Source: Klebsormidium nitens
Lineage: Eukaryota > Plantae > Klebsormidiophyceae
Assembly: GCA_000708835.1 (NCBI GenBank)
Contig: DF237050.1
Span: 1 to 56,870 of the forward strand
DNA: 56,870 nt
Direction: 5' to 3'
The notes beneath the pieces were generated by a model. The model worked only from the letters and a program-made list of their open reading frames with translations. It ran no database searches and was not told where the DNA came from. Below, one piece after another: positions 1-11,400 of this stretch. Within the stretch, counting starts at the first letter, position 1, and every line of letters starts with the position of its first letter. Position numbers and translations under genes: made by a program.

Positions 1-412
1 CGCGTCCCCCATCTAGCGCCGCATGCCCCGTGGCGGCAGTAGCTGCCTGGACCGCCCGAGTTGCGGAGGCTCCAACCCCCACCCCAAATGTGTTCGCCCC
101 AGCGGCGAATCCGCTCCCCCCGCCTCCCGACTGCGCTGAGCTGAACCTCTCGACAACAAGTCCAAGACGCGCTAGCTTATCCGCATAGTCCCCAAGAAAA
201 CGCTCCCCGGCGCAGAGGCTTCCCATGTCCGAGTCGGGGAAACACATGGCCCACGTTTTGAGCGGCAGACCAACGCGCGACATCGGCCGCCAGTGCTGCG
301 TGAGCACTTCAAGGACGGCACTTGCAACGCCAGCCTCCATCATGACATCCTTGACGTCACGCTGGAGATCAGGGAGGGGGCGGCCGACCGGGGTGCTCTT
401 GACAATGAGCAT
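1..412 (-). CDS. Partial unidentified reading frame running off the left edge (possible host-gene exon or retroelement ORF1/gag-like)
   Basis: Stop-free minus frame from ATG at 412 to base 1: MLIVKSTPVGRPLPDLQRDVKDVMMEAGVASAVLEVLTQHWRPMSRVGLPLKTWAMCFPDSDMGSLCAGERFLGDYADKLARLGLVVERFSSAQSGGGGSG... It is absent from the ORF track because it has no stop in the window. The frame stays open upstream to ~469 and contains a possible TGTGCAG acceptor, so the ATG may not be the true start. No family recognised. Confidence 0.4.
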   Translation of the reverse strand, partial: MLIVKSTPVGRPLPDLQRDVKDVMMEAGVASAVLEVLTQHWRPMSRVGLPLKTWAMCFPDSDMGSLCAGERFLGDYADKLARLGLVVERFSSAQSGGGGSGFAAGANTFGVGVGASATRAVQAATAATGHAALDGGR

Positions 413-590
413 AAGCTCGGAGATCAAAATCTGCTGCACAAGTGCGGGTTTTATACCCCGACGCCCACTTTAAGGTACACGAGTACGGGTGGGGTTAGTT
501 TGGTGGTTAGGGTGGGTTCGGGTGCGGAGCAGGTGAGTTTGTTCTTAGGGATTTAGTGTTGGTTAAACCACCACCCAGTAGTTACATATA

Positions 591-647
591 CGGCCGGGAT
601 GCCGGCCGTCCTCAGAACTTGAACTTCAAGTCCGAAGTTCAAGTTCT
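591..647. repeat. Two adjacent short inverted repeats (hairpins)
   Basis: CGGCCGG-gatg-CCGGCCG (591-608) and a perfect 14-bp stem AGAACTTGAACTTC-aagtcc-GAAGTTCAAGTTCT (614-647). Confidence 0.85.
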
Positions 648-776
648 ACTCATGGGCGCACACATTTGGCACTTGAAAAGGGCTCTCATCTCGCTGTAAG
701 AATGTACAAAACATGGTTTTCAATGGCGGTGCCAAGCCCAGTCGCCCCAAAGAGGCCTTGCAGGAAGGCGCCAGGC

Positions 777-875
777 TTTTCAGCTCTCAAAACCACCAAA
801 AATAGCTCCTATAGGCTGAGAGTAGCTTTGTAGGGCCTCCAGGCCTTGTTTTTGACGGTTTTCAGAGCTGGAAAA
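777..875. repeat. Imperfect ~26-bp inverted repeat pair (MITE-like foldback)
   Basis: TTTTCAGCTCTCAAAACCACCAAAAA (777-802) and TTTTTGACGGTTTTCAGAGCTGGAAAA (849-875) are near reverse complements separated by ~46 bp. Confidence 0.6.
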
Positions 876-1742
876 GGGAGCGCGTTCCCACGGGGCCTGT
901 TCCTAGCGACCAGGCTTGACACCGCTGGATTTGGTGAAGGTTTGATACAGATTTCAGGAAGAGGAACCACCATTTCGAGTGTTCAAGAAGATGCGCCCCA
1001 GGGTCGCAGTTTGAATATTACGATCTCGACGACCGTTGGCAGGTTATGCCACGTCAGCATTTTAATTTGCCCGATTATAAAGTCTCGGTGGTGGTTTAAG
1101 CCAAGAAATTGAGTACTTTCAGTACCTAAGATCCTTATTATTATTAGAGTTTATGGTTATCTGCACACGCCCCAATGCGGCCCCATGCCTTTGATACGCA
1201 CGGGCTGATCATTGGATGGATACCGGGGAAGTAGGTATCCATACCGGTATAGCCTGTAGGTATGAAACTGGCTGCTGGCACCAGCTGCTGCCGGTTTCAA
1301 GTGGTTCATGGTCGACGTTTTGCAGATCAAGCAAAATCCTGAAGGCTGCCATCTACGTATGCAACCAAAATCCTCAATATACCGTATGCTTATAAATTTG
1401 ACGAGTTGGTCGCTTTTGGGGGGTGCATTCCAGGCTCAAGTTGGGAGGGGGCCGGAGATGCAATCAAATATCGGCGCATCAAGCCGATTCAAGGACCTTG
1501 CAACTCCCTTGCAAGTTGCAGGTAGATACCTAGGTAGCTTTGCAAAATGCAATTCAGCCACAATTCCAGCCTCAATTCCAGGTTCCTTTCATGCATTCAA
1601 TGCATTTGCAGTTCTGCCTTGTGGTGAAGGCACAGAGACATAGAGCAGCAGCCAGCTTCGTACAACTTACTCGCAGCAACATGCAGCAGCTCTCTTAGAT
1701 CATCTAAGTTTCTTTCCGGGTCTAACTGCACAGATTGTGAAG

Positions 1743-4700
1743 ATGGATGTCCAGGTTGTGAGCCGGCGGTCGCTGATTCAAGGGACGCAAATTGAACGCT
1801 GCGCACACATCAGGGGTGCACAATGCCATCAATTAGCAGCGTGCTTGAGCGGCAGGTTCCAGGCTTCGACACAGCATGATCCAGTCGTTTCTTCTAAGAG
1901 CAGTCTGCGGATCATACCACAAATCAGCCTCCATTCACGAGATCAGCATGCATTTATTAGCTCAGTCCGCCCTCAGGCAGGCAGCAACGCTGCAAGAAGG
2001 GGCACCATCCGGGCGGTGCAAACTAGAGAGAGGGGGTCTGGAGGCCCCCCCGGAGATCAGCAGCCGCCAGGGCCCCCAGGGCAGGGGGGGGACATGTCGT
2101 ATCTCGGGATGTGGAAGGCCGCTAGGGACAGGAAAGAAGCTGATAGGAAGCGGCAGGATGAGGAAGAGATTAAGGCCAGGCTAGAGGCGGAGGAGGCAAG
2201 GAGAAACCAGGTAGATCTGCGGGATCGGCAATACGCTTTTTTCCCCTTCCTAGGTGACATTGTATTGCAATCCATGCTTTAGGTGCTTCGTTAGGCATCA
2301 TGCTAGATCGAACGCCTGAAGAATGCAGTAAGGAGAGCGTAATTTATGGTTTTGGCGATTCACAGATCAATCGATTTGGTGGGCACAGGAAGAGGGACTT
2401 CTTACAACTTGGACCCTAACTCCTTAAGTATCCATTCAAAAGGCGGCTATACAGGCTTAATCAAAGACGCAGATACCTTTACGCTTTGATAATCTGACAT
2501 TTCTGGTGGTCTGTCGCCAACATAGCACCGACGCTGACGTAGCAAAATTCACTGGGCGAGCAACCATCAAGAACTTTATTCACATGACACAATCTGGAGG
2601 GACTGGACTACCAGCGATTGTCCTGAAAGTGACCAACTCTTTTTTCAACAACCTCCATAGGTGCCCTCTCAGAACGTCCTGCTTGTCAGAGGCCGGCTGC
2701 AGCGGACTTGATTAGCTTTCCTTATTTCTGCATTCAAGAATTTTCCATAAAGTTCCCCGGAAAATGTCAAATCCTGGCATGGCCATCCCTGTAGAACCCA
2801 AGCTGGCTATTCGGTCCCATGGCCATGGCTTTTGTCTTCAGGGCTAGGAGGGGAGGTACTCAGGCTAACCGCCGCGTCCACCATCAGAAAATCAGACACC
2901 TCAACGTGTTAGTTTCATCATCCATCAAGCCACCCTATTTTTGAGCCCAGTTATGAATCTACCGACACAATGTTCCTGGGACTTCCGCAGATCGACAAAA
3001 AATCATTCTTTTGTGCAAGACGCTGAGTATCCCGAGGGGATTGCTCAGAGTCCTCAATAGACCAGCGGAATCGTCACCCAATTTTTGTGTCTGTACTCCC
3101 ATCAGGACACAGAGGCCAGCCAGCGCCGCCGACGTGAGCAGCAGTTCTCCAGCATTCTCTCCGTCCCCTCCGAGGAGCGCGACCGCGTCGAGCGCGCCCT
3201 CGTCCTCGACCGTGCCGCCGCCGCCATCGCCGCAGCTAACGCCGCGCTCGAGGCTGCCGACGAGGGCCGCCGCACCTGGTCCGCCGCCGCTCGTGAGAGA
3301 CCGACCTCCGTCCCCAAAAGAAGCGTCTTTTTGGAGACGAGAGAAGGAGCGCTGACGCCTCTCGGCACATCGGGGGTGCTACTGACGAAGAAGCCTGGGG
3401 AGGACGCGGGGGCAACTAGACTGGAGCGTGGTTCTGGAGGGAGTGGCGGGGGGTTTTCAAAGGGGGGCGGAGGGGGCTCGCTCACGTTGGGGGAGGATGC
3501 GACGCCCGGGCCGGACTTCTGGAGCTGGACTCCGCCCGAGGGGGGTACGGACGGCAGTCGGGGGGCAGAGACGCCAATGCTGAAGAGGGCGGAGGCGCCC
3601 AAAGCGAGGCCGCAGCGGGAGACGATGGTGATGGACAGGCCGACGAGTAAGTTTCAGAAGGCGGCATGAGGCTGTACTGGTTTTGCTCTGGTTCCGGAGC
3701 ATCCGATTTCCATTTTGTCCTTCTAGGGTGACGTACATTTTGTTTCTTCGCAATCTTTCAGTCTGCTCAACAGCATTGTGGCAGCGCCAGGGAGTCTTGG
3801 CACCCAGCTTACGCAACACGACTTGCAGAATGGTTTCGAAAGTTTCTTCGAAGTTCAGCTTACATCCTCTCAAAGGTTCGTACAAATTGACTATCCGTGT
3901 CTCATTGTGCCCCAAGTCGGATGAGAATGTCAATTGACCTTGGAAGGGGTTCAAAGATAGTCTCTGTTGTAGAAGCTTACCGGAGAAAGCTGACCTTTTG
4001 CCTCTTTCAAGAGAGACCTGACCCCTCCCCTCTCGTGCGCAGGTTTCCAGACGCTGTCGCTGCCCTTGCAGAGCCAATCTCAGGCGGAGAGCTCGATCAC
4101 GAGCCTCCCTCCCCTGCAGTCCATGCTAGACGTTGCAGTTGGTCAAGAGGAGGGTGAGCGCACACGCCAAGAGCAAGAGCTAGCAGAGGCGCACGCCGAG
4201 CAGGCAATTCAGATGCCCGAGGGTTTGAGGGTTTTGGAGGAGGCGGGGGCGACTTCGGACAGCGGGGTGGAAGCAGACGGGACCAGGTGGGGCTGGTGTA
4301 GCACGACGGCATTTCTCTTTCGTGAAGACGTCATTGAGTTGGCCAGGTGTCGCTCTCCTATATCCTTGTTTAGGTCTTCTACTTGACCTTGGTGAACGGT
4401 GGGGTTGATGAGGTCGGTCGTAGAGGCGTGTTGCTTCTCTGCTCAACATCAATTGCGTCGATTAAGGGGAGGGTAAGTATCTTGATTTCCCACCGTTTCA
4501 CGTGAAGCGCATTGCATGTTGGAATCGACGTTGAAGAAGTTATTTTTCGTAGGAGAATTATTGTCGTCGACCAACTTTTGTACTGTTGGGTGGTCGATAT
4601 GGTCTTATTATTACGGCAAGCAATTGCACAAGTCCGACAGAGGTTGGTTGATGCACAGCGGTTGTCCCTCTCTAAGTAATAAAGGTGGCTCCTCAAAGGT

Positions 4701-6950
4701 AGAATTGTATAGCCTCTGTTGCTCAATTGCGGACGAGAAAAGTACGAATCAAGGGTCCGCCTAAAGATCTCGTATTTTCGACTGCTAGGTGGTGGAAGGA
4801 GACCGGCACCGAGGAGCGGGCGAACGGGGAGGTGTGCGTCTGGACGGTCGTTCGGGGAGTCAGTGCGGACGGCGCTACAGAGTGGGAGAACAAGTGGTGG
4901 GAGGTGAGGCACTCCACGTCACGTCATCGGGGCTCTTTCTTACATCGACATTCCCTGATGCATTTCATCACAGCAAAGTGGGTGCGAAAAGGTGCATATC
5001 GTGTTTGAGAATTAGTGTCAATAAGTACACTTTATGATTCGTGCAGAAGTTCGTTCAGGCGCAGTTGTCATGCGGTGCCAGCTTTGCCAGAAGCCTACCG
5101 CAAATCGTCTCTTGGAGAGCGGTGCTGAGCTTGGGTTAGATCTGCTAACGCGTTACCTGCACCATGAATATGCGACCAAAGTGTGGGACGCCAGGGCTCT
5201 TTGCGGTTCGCACACTTGGCACTATCAGTTCTCGGCCTCAAATCCAGAAACCCCTGTTCTCATCGCACTTCGTTGTTCAGGTGAGCGACGAGTTCGACTA
5301 CAAAGAACTAGGCGCGGAGAAGTCTGGACGCGACGCGTACGGCGCAGTGTGGCGGGAGACGTGGAAGGAGGGCATGTGGAACGATGCCAAGACGGGGCTT
5401 CCGCACATCGAGAGGAGCGCCGACAAGTGGTCTCGGGCGGGTGATGGAGCGGAGTGGCACGAGAAGTGGTGAGCGCGGCTTTTGAGGATTTGGTACTCTG
5501 CACTGGAAGTAGATTGAAAGGCTTATATGTGGGTGTTGAAAAGAAGACAGTTGGGTGCTCAGCGCGAATGCATGGGAAGCTAGGAAAGTCCGGTCAATGC
5601 TGCGTAGCGGTCAAGAGCGGCCGATGCGCGCGTCACGCTCGTAGCTAAGGGGCCTTGTATATGCATGGCTGATCGAGTTTCTTTTGAGTCAATTTGCAGT
5701 CCACACCTCAGACTCCCAGCTTATGACCATATCCTGACGGAGCTGGGAATTCTGACGAGTCTGGTCATGCGACGGATTTCGTTTCTTTGAAGAGTCTGGC
5801 TGACCATCTTTAAGTCAGGCCGCGGACTGGCACGATTGGTTTGCTCTTGCGCCTTTCAGAAGAGCCGAAAGGCTTGCAAATCTTGAAACGTCCATGATAT
5901 AAGCGGCGATAAGTGGATATACATCAGCTCGGGTGAACGTGGTACAAACCCACCTCGCAGAGCGGGCAGTGAACTCCGTTGCTCGCTGCAACTAGTCGCG
6001 GCAGATAGTGTCGACTTCAGGCATTGTCGCTTGGTTCTTAGAGCTGTTTGCGGCGCTGGCAGGTACGAGCACTACGACGCGACGAACAAGGTGCAGAAGT
6101 CGGCGGACAAGTGGGCCAAGCTCGCGGACGGGGTGGACCCCGAGCCGGGGCACGCGCACATCTGGCACGAACGGTGGGGGGAGGACTTCGACGGCAGAGG
6201 CGGCGCGGTCAAGTGGACCGACAGGTAAGCGCAAGCCTGCCCTCTTCTTTTCCGCTTGCATTTCTCCGTTAAACTGCTCTTGTGCTCTGGCATCAAGCGT
6301 TGCTGCGGTTGCCCGAGCTACAAGGTTGCAGGGGGACTATGCGAAACTGTCGGATCGAAACGTGTCAGTCAAGTACAGTTGACGTCCACTGTGCGGATGT
6401 AGTTTAGCAAACGTGCAACCCCCTTATCACTGCAAAGTGATGTGTATCTTCATGCAGATCTTGCCGCAAGCAGGTTCACTTGAAGTCGAACGTCTGGCTG
6501 ATTGGATTGCCCATTATCATCAACAACCGTCTTGTCAACCGGCACGATCTCAGAGTCTAATTGTGCTTTTGGATAGGTAGAAAGCACAGAGCATCTCGTA
6601 CTGATTCGGACCACATGTACAGGTGGGCGGAGAAGTTCGAGGCCGACGGCAGTACCACCAAGTGGGGGGACAAGTGGGACGAGAAGTTCGACCGCTACGG
6701 CAAGGGCCAAAAACTGGGAGAGACTTGGCAGCAGGGTTCTGGTGGAGATTCTTCGAGGACGTGGGGCGAGAACCACTTTGGCAACGGGCAAGTACAGAAG
6801 TTTGGGAACAGCACTACAGGCGAGCATTGGGATACGACGGAGTCCATGGACACGTGGTACGAAACGAAGGCGCACTTCGGTTTCCAAGACTGTTTCAACC
6901 AAGCATATAAGCTGCGGCAGGTTGGACGCAAAAAGAAGCAACAGCTCTAG
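1743..6950 (+). CDS. LESV: LIKE EARLY STARVATION 1-type Trp-rich starch granule-binding protein, 7 exons, ~681 aa
   Basis: Phase-consistent exons 1743-2210, 3106-3646, 4043-4286, 4789-4903, 5281-5468, 6063-6224, 6623-6950. Motifs as I recall them for Arabidopsis LESV: SYLGMWKAA, EERDRVERALVLDRAAAAIAAA, TPGPDFWSWTPP, WWKETG, YKELGAEKSGRDA, GHAHIWHERWGE, KWGDKWDEKF, GEHWDT. The GHAHIWHERWGE segment and the long N-terminus favour LESV over ESV1. The basic Ser/Arg-rich N-terminus fits a plastid transit peptide. Confidence 0.92.
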
Positions 6951-8482
6951 GCTGAGGTGCTGTGCAGATAGCGAGGTTGGCTTGTGTGGACACCTTGTAC
7001 GCCCCACCCTTAGCTGAAGGATCTGAGAAGTGACGTTGCTTTTTGAGGTACACAGGCTGAGAGCAAGCGGCTTAACAGGTGTCGATGTTGAATGTAGATT
7101 ATGTAAGTGTCTTCTGTCTAAGGGGTTGATCACGATGTTGCTCCTCTTCTTTATGGAAACAATTGTGATGTGATGTGGTCTTCAGGACCTCACACTGATT
7201 CCATGCTGCATCCAACAGCCTCGTCACATCACGATGCACACACTCATTCGAGGCATGCCCGACAACGAGAAATGTGGGAAGACAGGGTCGACTCAGGATT
7301 TTGCATGCGTGTTTGTAACATATAGGCACATGTGTCCGGACTCGTATTGGTTCGGCGAACTTCGGCTACGACCCGGCTACACTGAAGGGCTGGACCAGGG
7401 GCCATGCAAGAAGAGGATGTTTCTCGAGCAACACGTACACGGCTGCTAATGTGCCAGATTGTACTAAACTACTAGCGATGCAATTCTTAAGCTGTCGCTG
7501 GGCCGCCCGCGGCGCGGCCGCCCAAGAGGACGGCCGCGTCGCGCAGGGTCAAAAATGACCGTACAATCAGAAGTGCATCTTCAAGACGTGCCGTCCGATG
7601 AGCAATCAGCTCCTATCTCTAACCGTCGGATCGGCATGATTCTAGTCGCCTCCTCAGCATACGTCACCTTTGTCAGCCGGGACAAGTGGCAGGATGCTGC
7701 CCATCATTAATGCAAGCGGGGCGCTGACGTCAGCCGGCTGTCTCATATGTGGCTTTGCCAATTATGCACCTGCCACTGGTTCTCGGCACTCATCTTGTCT
7801 GCGAGGACAGCTGTTTGGTCGCAGTCGAAGGCAGCTGGATGCGACATGGCGCCAGTTTGCGGGTGCAACCGCTGCACAACTTTAAGACTAAAGAGCAAGG
7901 GGTGAAGAGAAAAAGACAAGCATGGCATGCAGTGCAGGCTTTGATTTCATTCGCGATCTGGTTTGACTCGATGAAGCCTAGCAACCGCAGGGCCGGATCT
8001 AAAATCGCTGGAATGAATCCTCCAATGTTTATGCATTCTTCAAACGACCCGGTGCAGCTCAGGAACGTGTGGGGTGAAAAGGCCTAGGCCTAATGCTTAA
8101 AGAGAGCACAAAGATTCTGCTGAGAAGTCAGCAGATCTCTACAGATCTCTACTTGTGGTGAAAAGCAAAGCATGAGCGCGATGCTCAGCGGCCATCAAAG
8201 AAGCTATTGTCAGATCTACAGGTTGCTGCACCCTCTGTGTTGAGGTAGGGACGTGGACTGTCGCCCCCCTGCTTTGAGCATCTTCTCAATCCTGCTGTGG
8301 TACAGAACTTTGTTCATAGAAGGTGGTGCATTGTAGATCGCAGTTGGAAGACATGTTCTGCCTCCATCAAAAGACTCATCAGGAGAGCAACTCTGCGCAG
8401 CTTCGAGCAATAGGCTGGTCTTTCCTGATACCTGCCTATCACATTGACGTGCAGGTCAAAGGGGCACTTCCATTACAGAAGC

Positions 8483-11400
8483 ATGACTAGGCTTGGAGAG
8501 CCTCTCCTGGGGGATGGTGGGATGTTTCTTTCAACCAACTATGTTGATGACCTGGCTACCATCCAGGAGCAGCTTGACGGCGCTCACAGCAAAGCAATTC
8601 CCAGGGAGGATTCGGAGGCCGATGGTTCGCGAGCCCTGCTGTATTCAGCGCAGGCACTCCTCTTTGATGGACTAGGTGCGTAATGTTGCGTTTTTTGTTG
8701 GAGGCCTGTCTGAGCAACCTTGTGGAGTCACATTGGATGTTGATTTGCTAATCAATAGGGCCCTCCCTGAAACCTGCGGTGAGGCCTCATGATTGATTTT
8801 GGCTCTGGCCTCGTTGACCTCACTAGAAGGATGGTTGATCATTGAGGTTCATTGGTTTTGGGGCCCTGCCAGAATCAGCGGTACCATTTGCTGCGGATTG
8901 TTGGAGCACTCCCTCTCTTAAACCACAGCGCTCCTGGTTTGCCTGGTCTAGAGCCTGGAACACCACCCCAATCATGCTGACTCCTTGTCGCGTTTGCTTG
9001 ACAGGAGAGGGGAAACTAATGAGGCAGAGCCTGGAGAGTGCCAGGCGAGCAGCTTTGGACGAGCGGCAAAAGCTTGTCTTTGACAGCTGGGCCAAGTTCC
9101 AGTCTAATGGCCTCCTTGAAAGCAGCGCGGGCCTTCTTAGGAGGCAGAGCAGGAGCGCTTCAATGAAACTGAGCCCCGATGAGGGAAACGAAGAGGTGGC
9201 TGGGGCTGAAGTGTCTGGCGATCGGTGCCGGGTGTGCAATGGCACCAGAAATTCTGTTCCTGGTTCTGCGGGGGCGGAAGGTGGACTGAGGACAGGGGAA
9301 TCAGAAGAAAGTCGTCAGAGGTGGTGCATACCGGCTGCTGAGGATGTGGTACTGCTCACTGTGGCTGGACAGTTTGTGGCGTGCTCCCGCTCGAGCCTGG
9401 CAGAGCTGTCTGCGCCATTCAACGCCATGCTCTTGGGGCAATATCAAGAGAGCCGGAAAACGGCCATACCGTTTGACCTGAACGGACTCAGCCCTGCAGG
9501 TAAGGGATTGATATTCGCCTTGAATAATGTTGATGTTGCCTCTACTAGGTGAAAGTGCTTTTAGATCCATACCTATGCTGGCATCCAGAGGAAAGATAAG
9601 ATGAAGTACCTCAAGGTTTTCTTTGCACATTCAACACCATTTGAGTAAAGCAGTTGCAATCTGGAATCAAGAATTTGTTCGTACCCTCCCTTAAGACACT
9701 TGGTGCCCTAGCATAAAGTCTATATTCTACAATTTTGCTAAAGACCACTGAATGCAGCTTCAGGATTGCACTTCCATGTGGCAGTCCCCTCTTCTTCAGT
9801 TCAGTGCCAGGTCAGCGAGAAGCTGATATGAAGCAAGATCAGGAGTACATTTGAAGACTTAATCAATCGTCTTGTTTTGCAGGTTTGCAAGCAGTCGAGA
9901 GGTTTAGTAGGACGGGCTCCCTAGAGGAGCGTCCTGGTGCCACGTGTGAGCGCTGGCTGTGTGGAGCAGGGAACAGCGCTTGCGCCCTGCGCCAGCCTGC
10001 AGTGTCAGAGTCCTCAGGCAGCCATCACATGTCAGACGCAGAGTGGCAACCCTCTGCAGAGTCAAGCGACGAAGAAGAGTCGGATACAGAGGACGAAGAG
10101 AAGAGCATCAGTCCCCGAACAGCTAGGAGAGTGCCGGTCTCGAACAGTGAACTCTTTGCAGCGACTACGTGCGAAGAGTGGCCTCAAGAGAGGCCTGTAG
10201 CATCAGCGCACGAGCCTCTTTCGGATCCAGGCAGCCAAACGGAGTCAAGCAAAGATGCAACTAGACTGGACTCCACCGAGAGCTCGTCCCTAGGTCGAGG
10301 CATGAGGCGCATGGTTCCGAGCAAAGCTTTGAGAAGCGAGTTCAGTGGGGGTTTTGGCAAAGGGATGAAGATCAGGGTAGGGTCGAACGGGGATCTGAAG
10401 GCGCTCGATGACGATGCACAGGCGTGTGCGCTCAGCTGCGTGGAAGCAGGGCGAGACCAGGTGTACACGGACTTGGTCGTGGAGGTTCTGCTCTTTGCAA
10501 GCCGGTTCTGCTGCGAGGGCCTCAAGGCGCACTGCGATGAGCGTCTTGCCAAGATGGTGAGTTGACAAGTTACCCACGTCTCATAAAAAGTCCCAAGACG
10601 TCTCATAAAAAGTCCAAGATCTTTGGTCAGAAGAGCATCGAACCACCTGCCCGATACCTTTCTGAATACCCAGGATCGCACCTTCGGCAGGATACAAAAT
10701 AACAGGAAACTGCTTAAGACCTCAATATTAGAAGGTCCAACAGAAGCTTGTTGCAGCGAGTACACCAGTCTCAACATCCTTCAGGCTTTCGAGAGTCCAT
10801 TTGAGGTCAGAGCTGCTCATTCACTTTCGTCTTTTGCCCTCCTCTTATTTTCCTATGCGCCTTAGACGCCCGTTCCTGTACGAAATCTGCGAGCGAAACT
10901 TCTGTCCTCGGGCCCTACAAAAGTTCAATTTGTCCGATCTGATATATTGCATTGGACTAACAACATTTGAAACGTAGGCTAGTGTCGTCGACCCTTTGAC
11001 GAAAATTCCTGCCTGCTTGCAGGTCAACACGAGCGAGGAAGCCGTCTCCAACCTGGCCTTCGCTCTCGAGGAGTCGTGCCCTGTCCTCACCACCCGCTGC
11101 CTAAAGCTTCTCCTCGAGAGAATGCCACGTGTCCTGATCACCGATCCGACGGTTGCGGAGCTTCTGCTCAGCAAGGACGGGAGGCGCCAGCTGCAGCAGG
11201 CCGGCTTCGCCTCTTTTGCGTTCTACTTCTTCCTGGTAAGTGCCGTTCCCATCTTATAGGTTGGCAGCCTGACACTGTGAGAGGAAAAGTGATTATATCG
11301 ACCTCTCAATCTGTTTTGCCTCTTGCTGTGCTTTGAGTGGACCTATGTGTTGACTACCCAATCTAGCCAGTTGTGTTCCAACGCACTCGTTTTTTGCAGC

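Noticed and set aside
485-560. Telomere-like TTAGGG/GGTTAG words
   Set aside because: Only two isolated TTAGGG hexamers in a G/T-rich tract; there is no tandem array.
1260-1525. Coding-looking fragments upstream of LESV (ILKAAIYVCNQ..., YKFDELVAFGGCIPG...)
   Set aside because: Short, interrupted by stops and frame changes, and no family is recognisable; may be 5' UTR or decayed sequence.
3102-3602. 166-aa minus-strand ORF, and similarly 6450-7133 (-)
   Set aside because: Antisense shadows of GC-rich LESV exons with no independent motifs.
8842-9004. N-terminal part of the 236-aa ORF 8842-9552
   Set aside because: Lies in the ETO1 intron; homology starts only after the acceptor at 9004.
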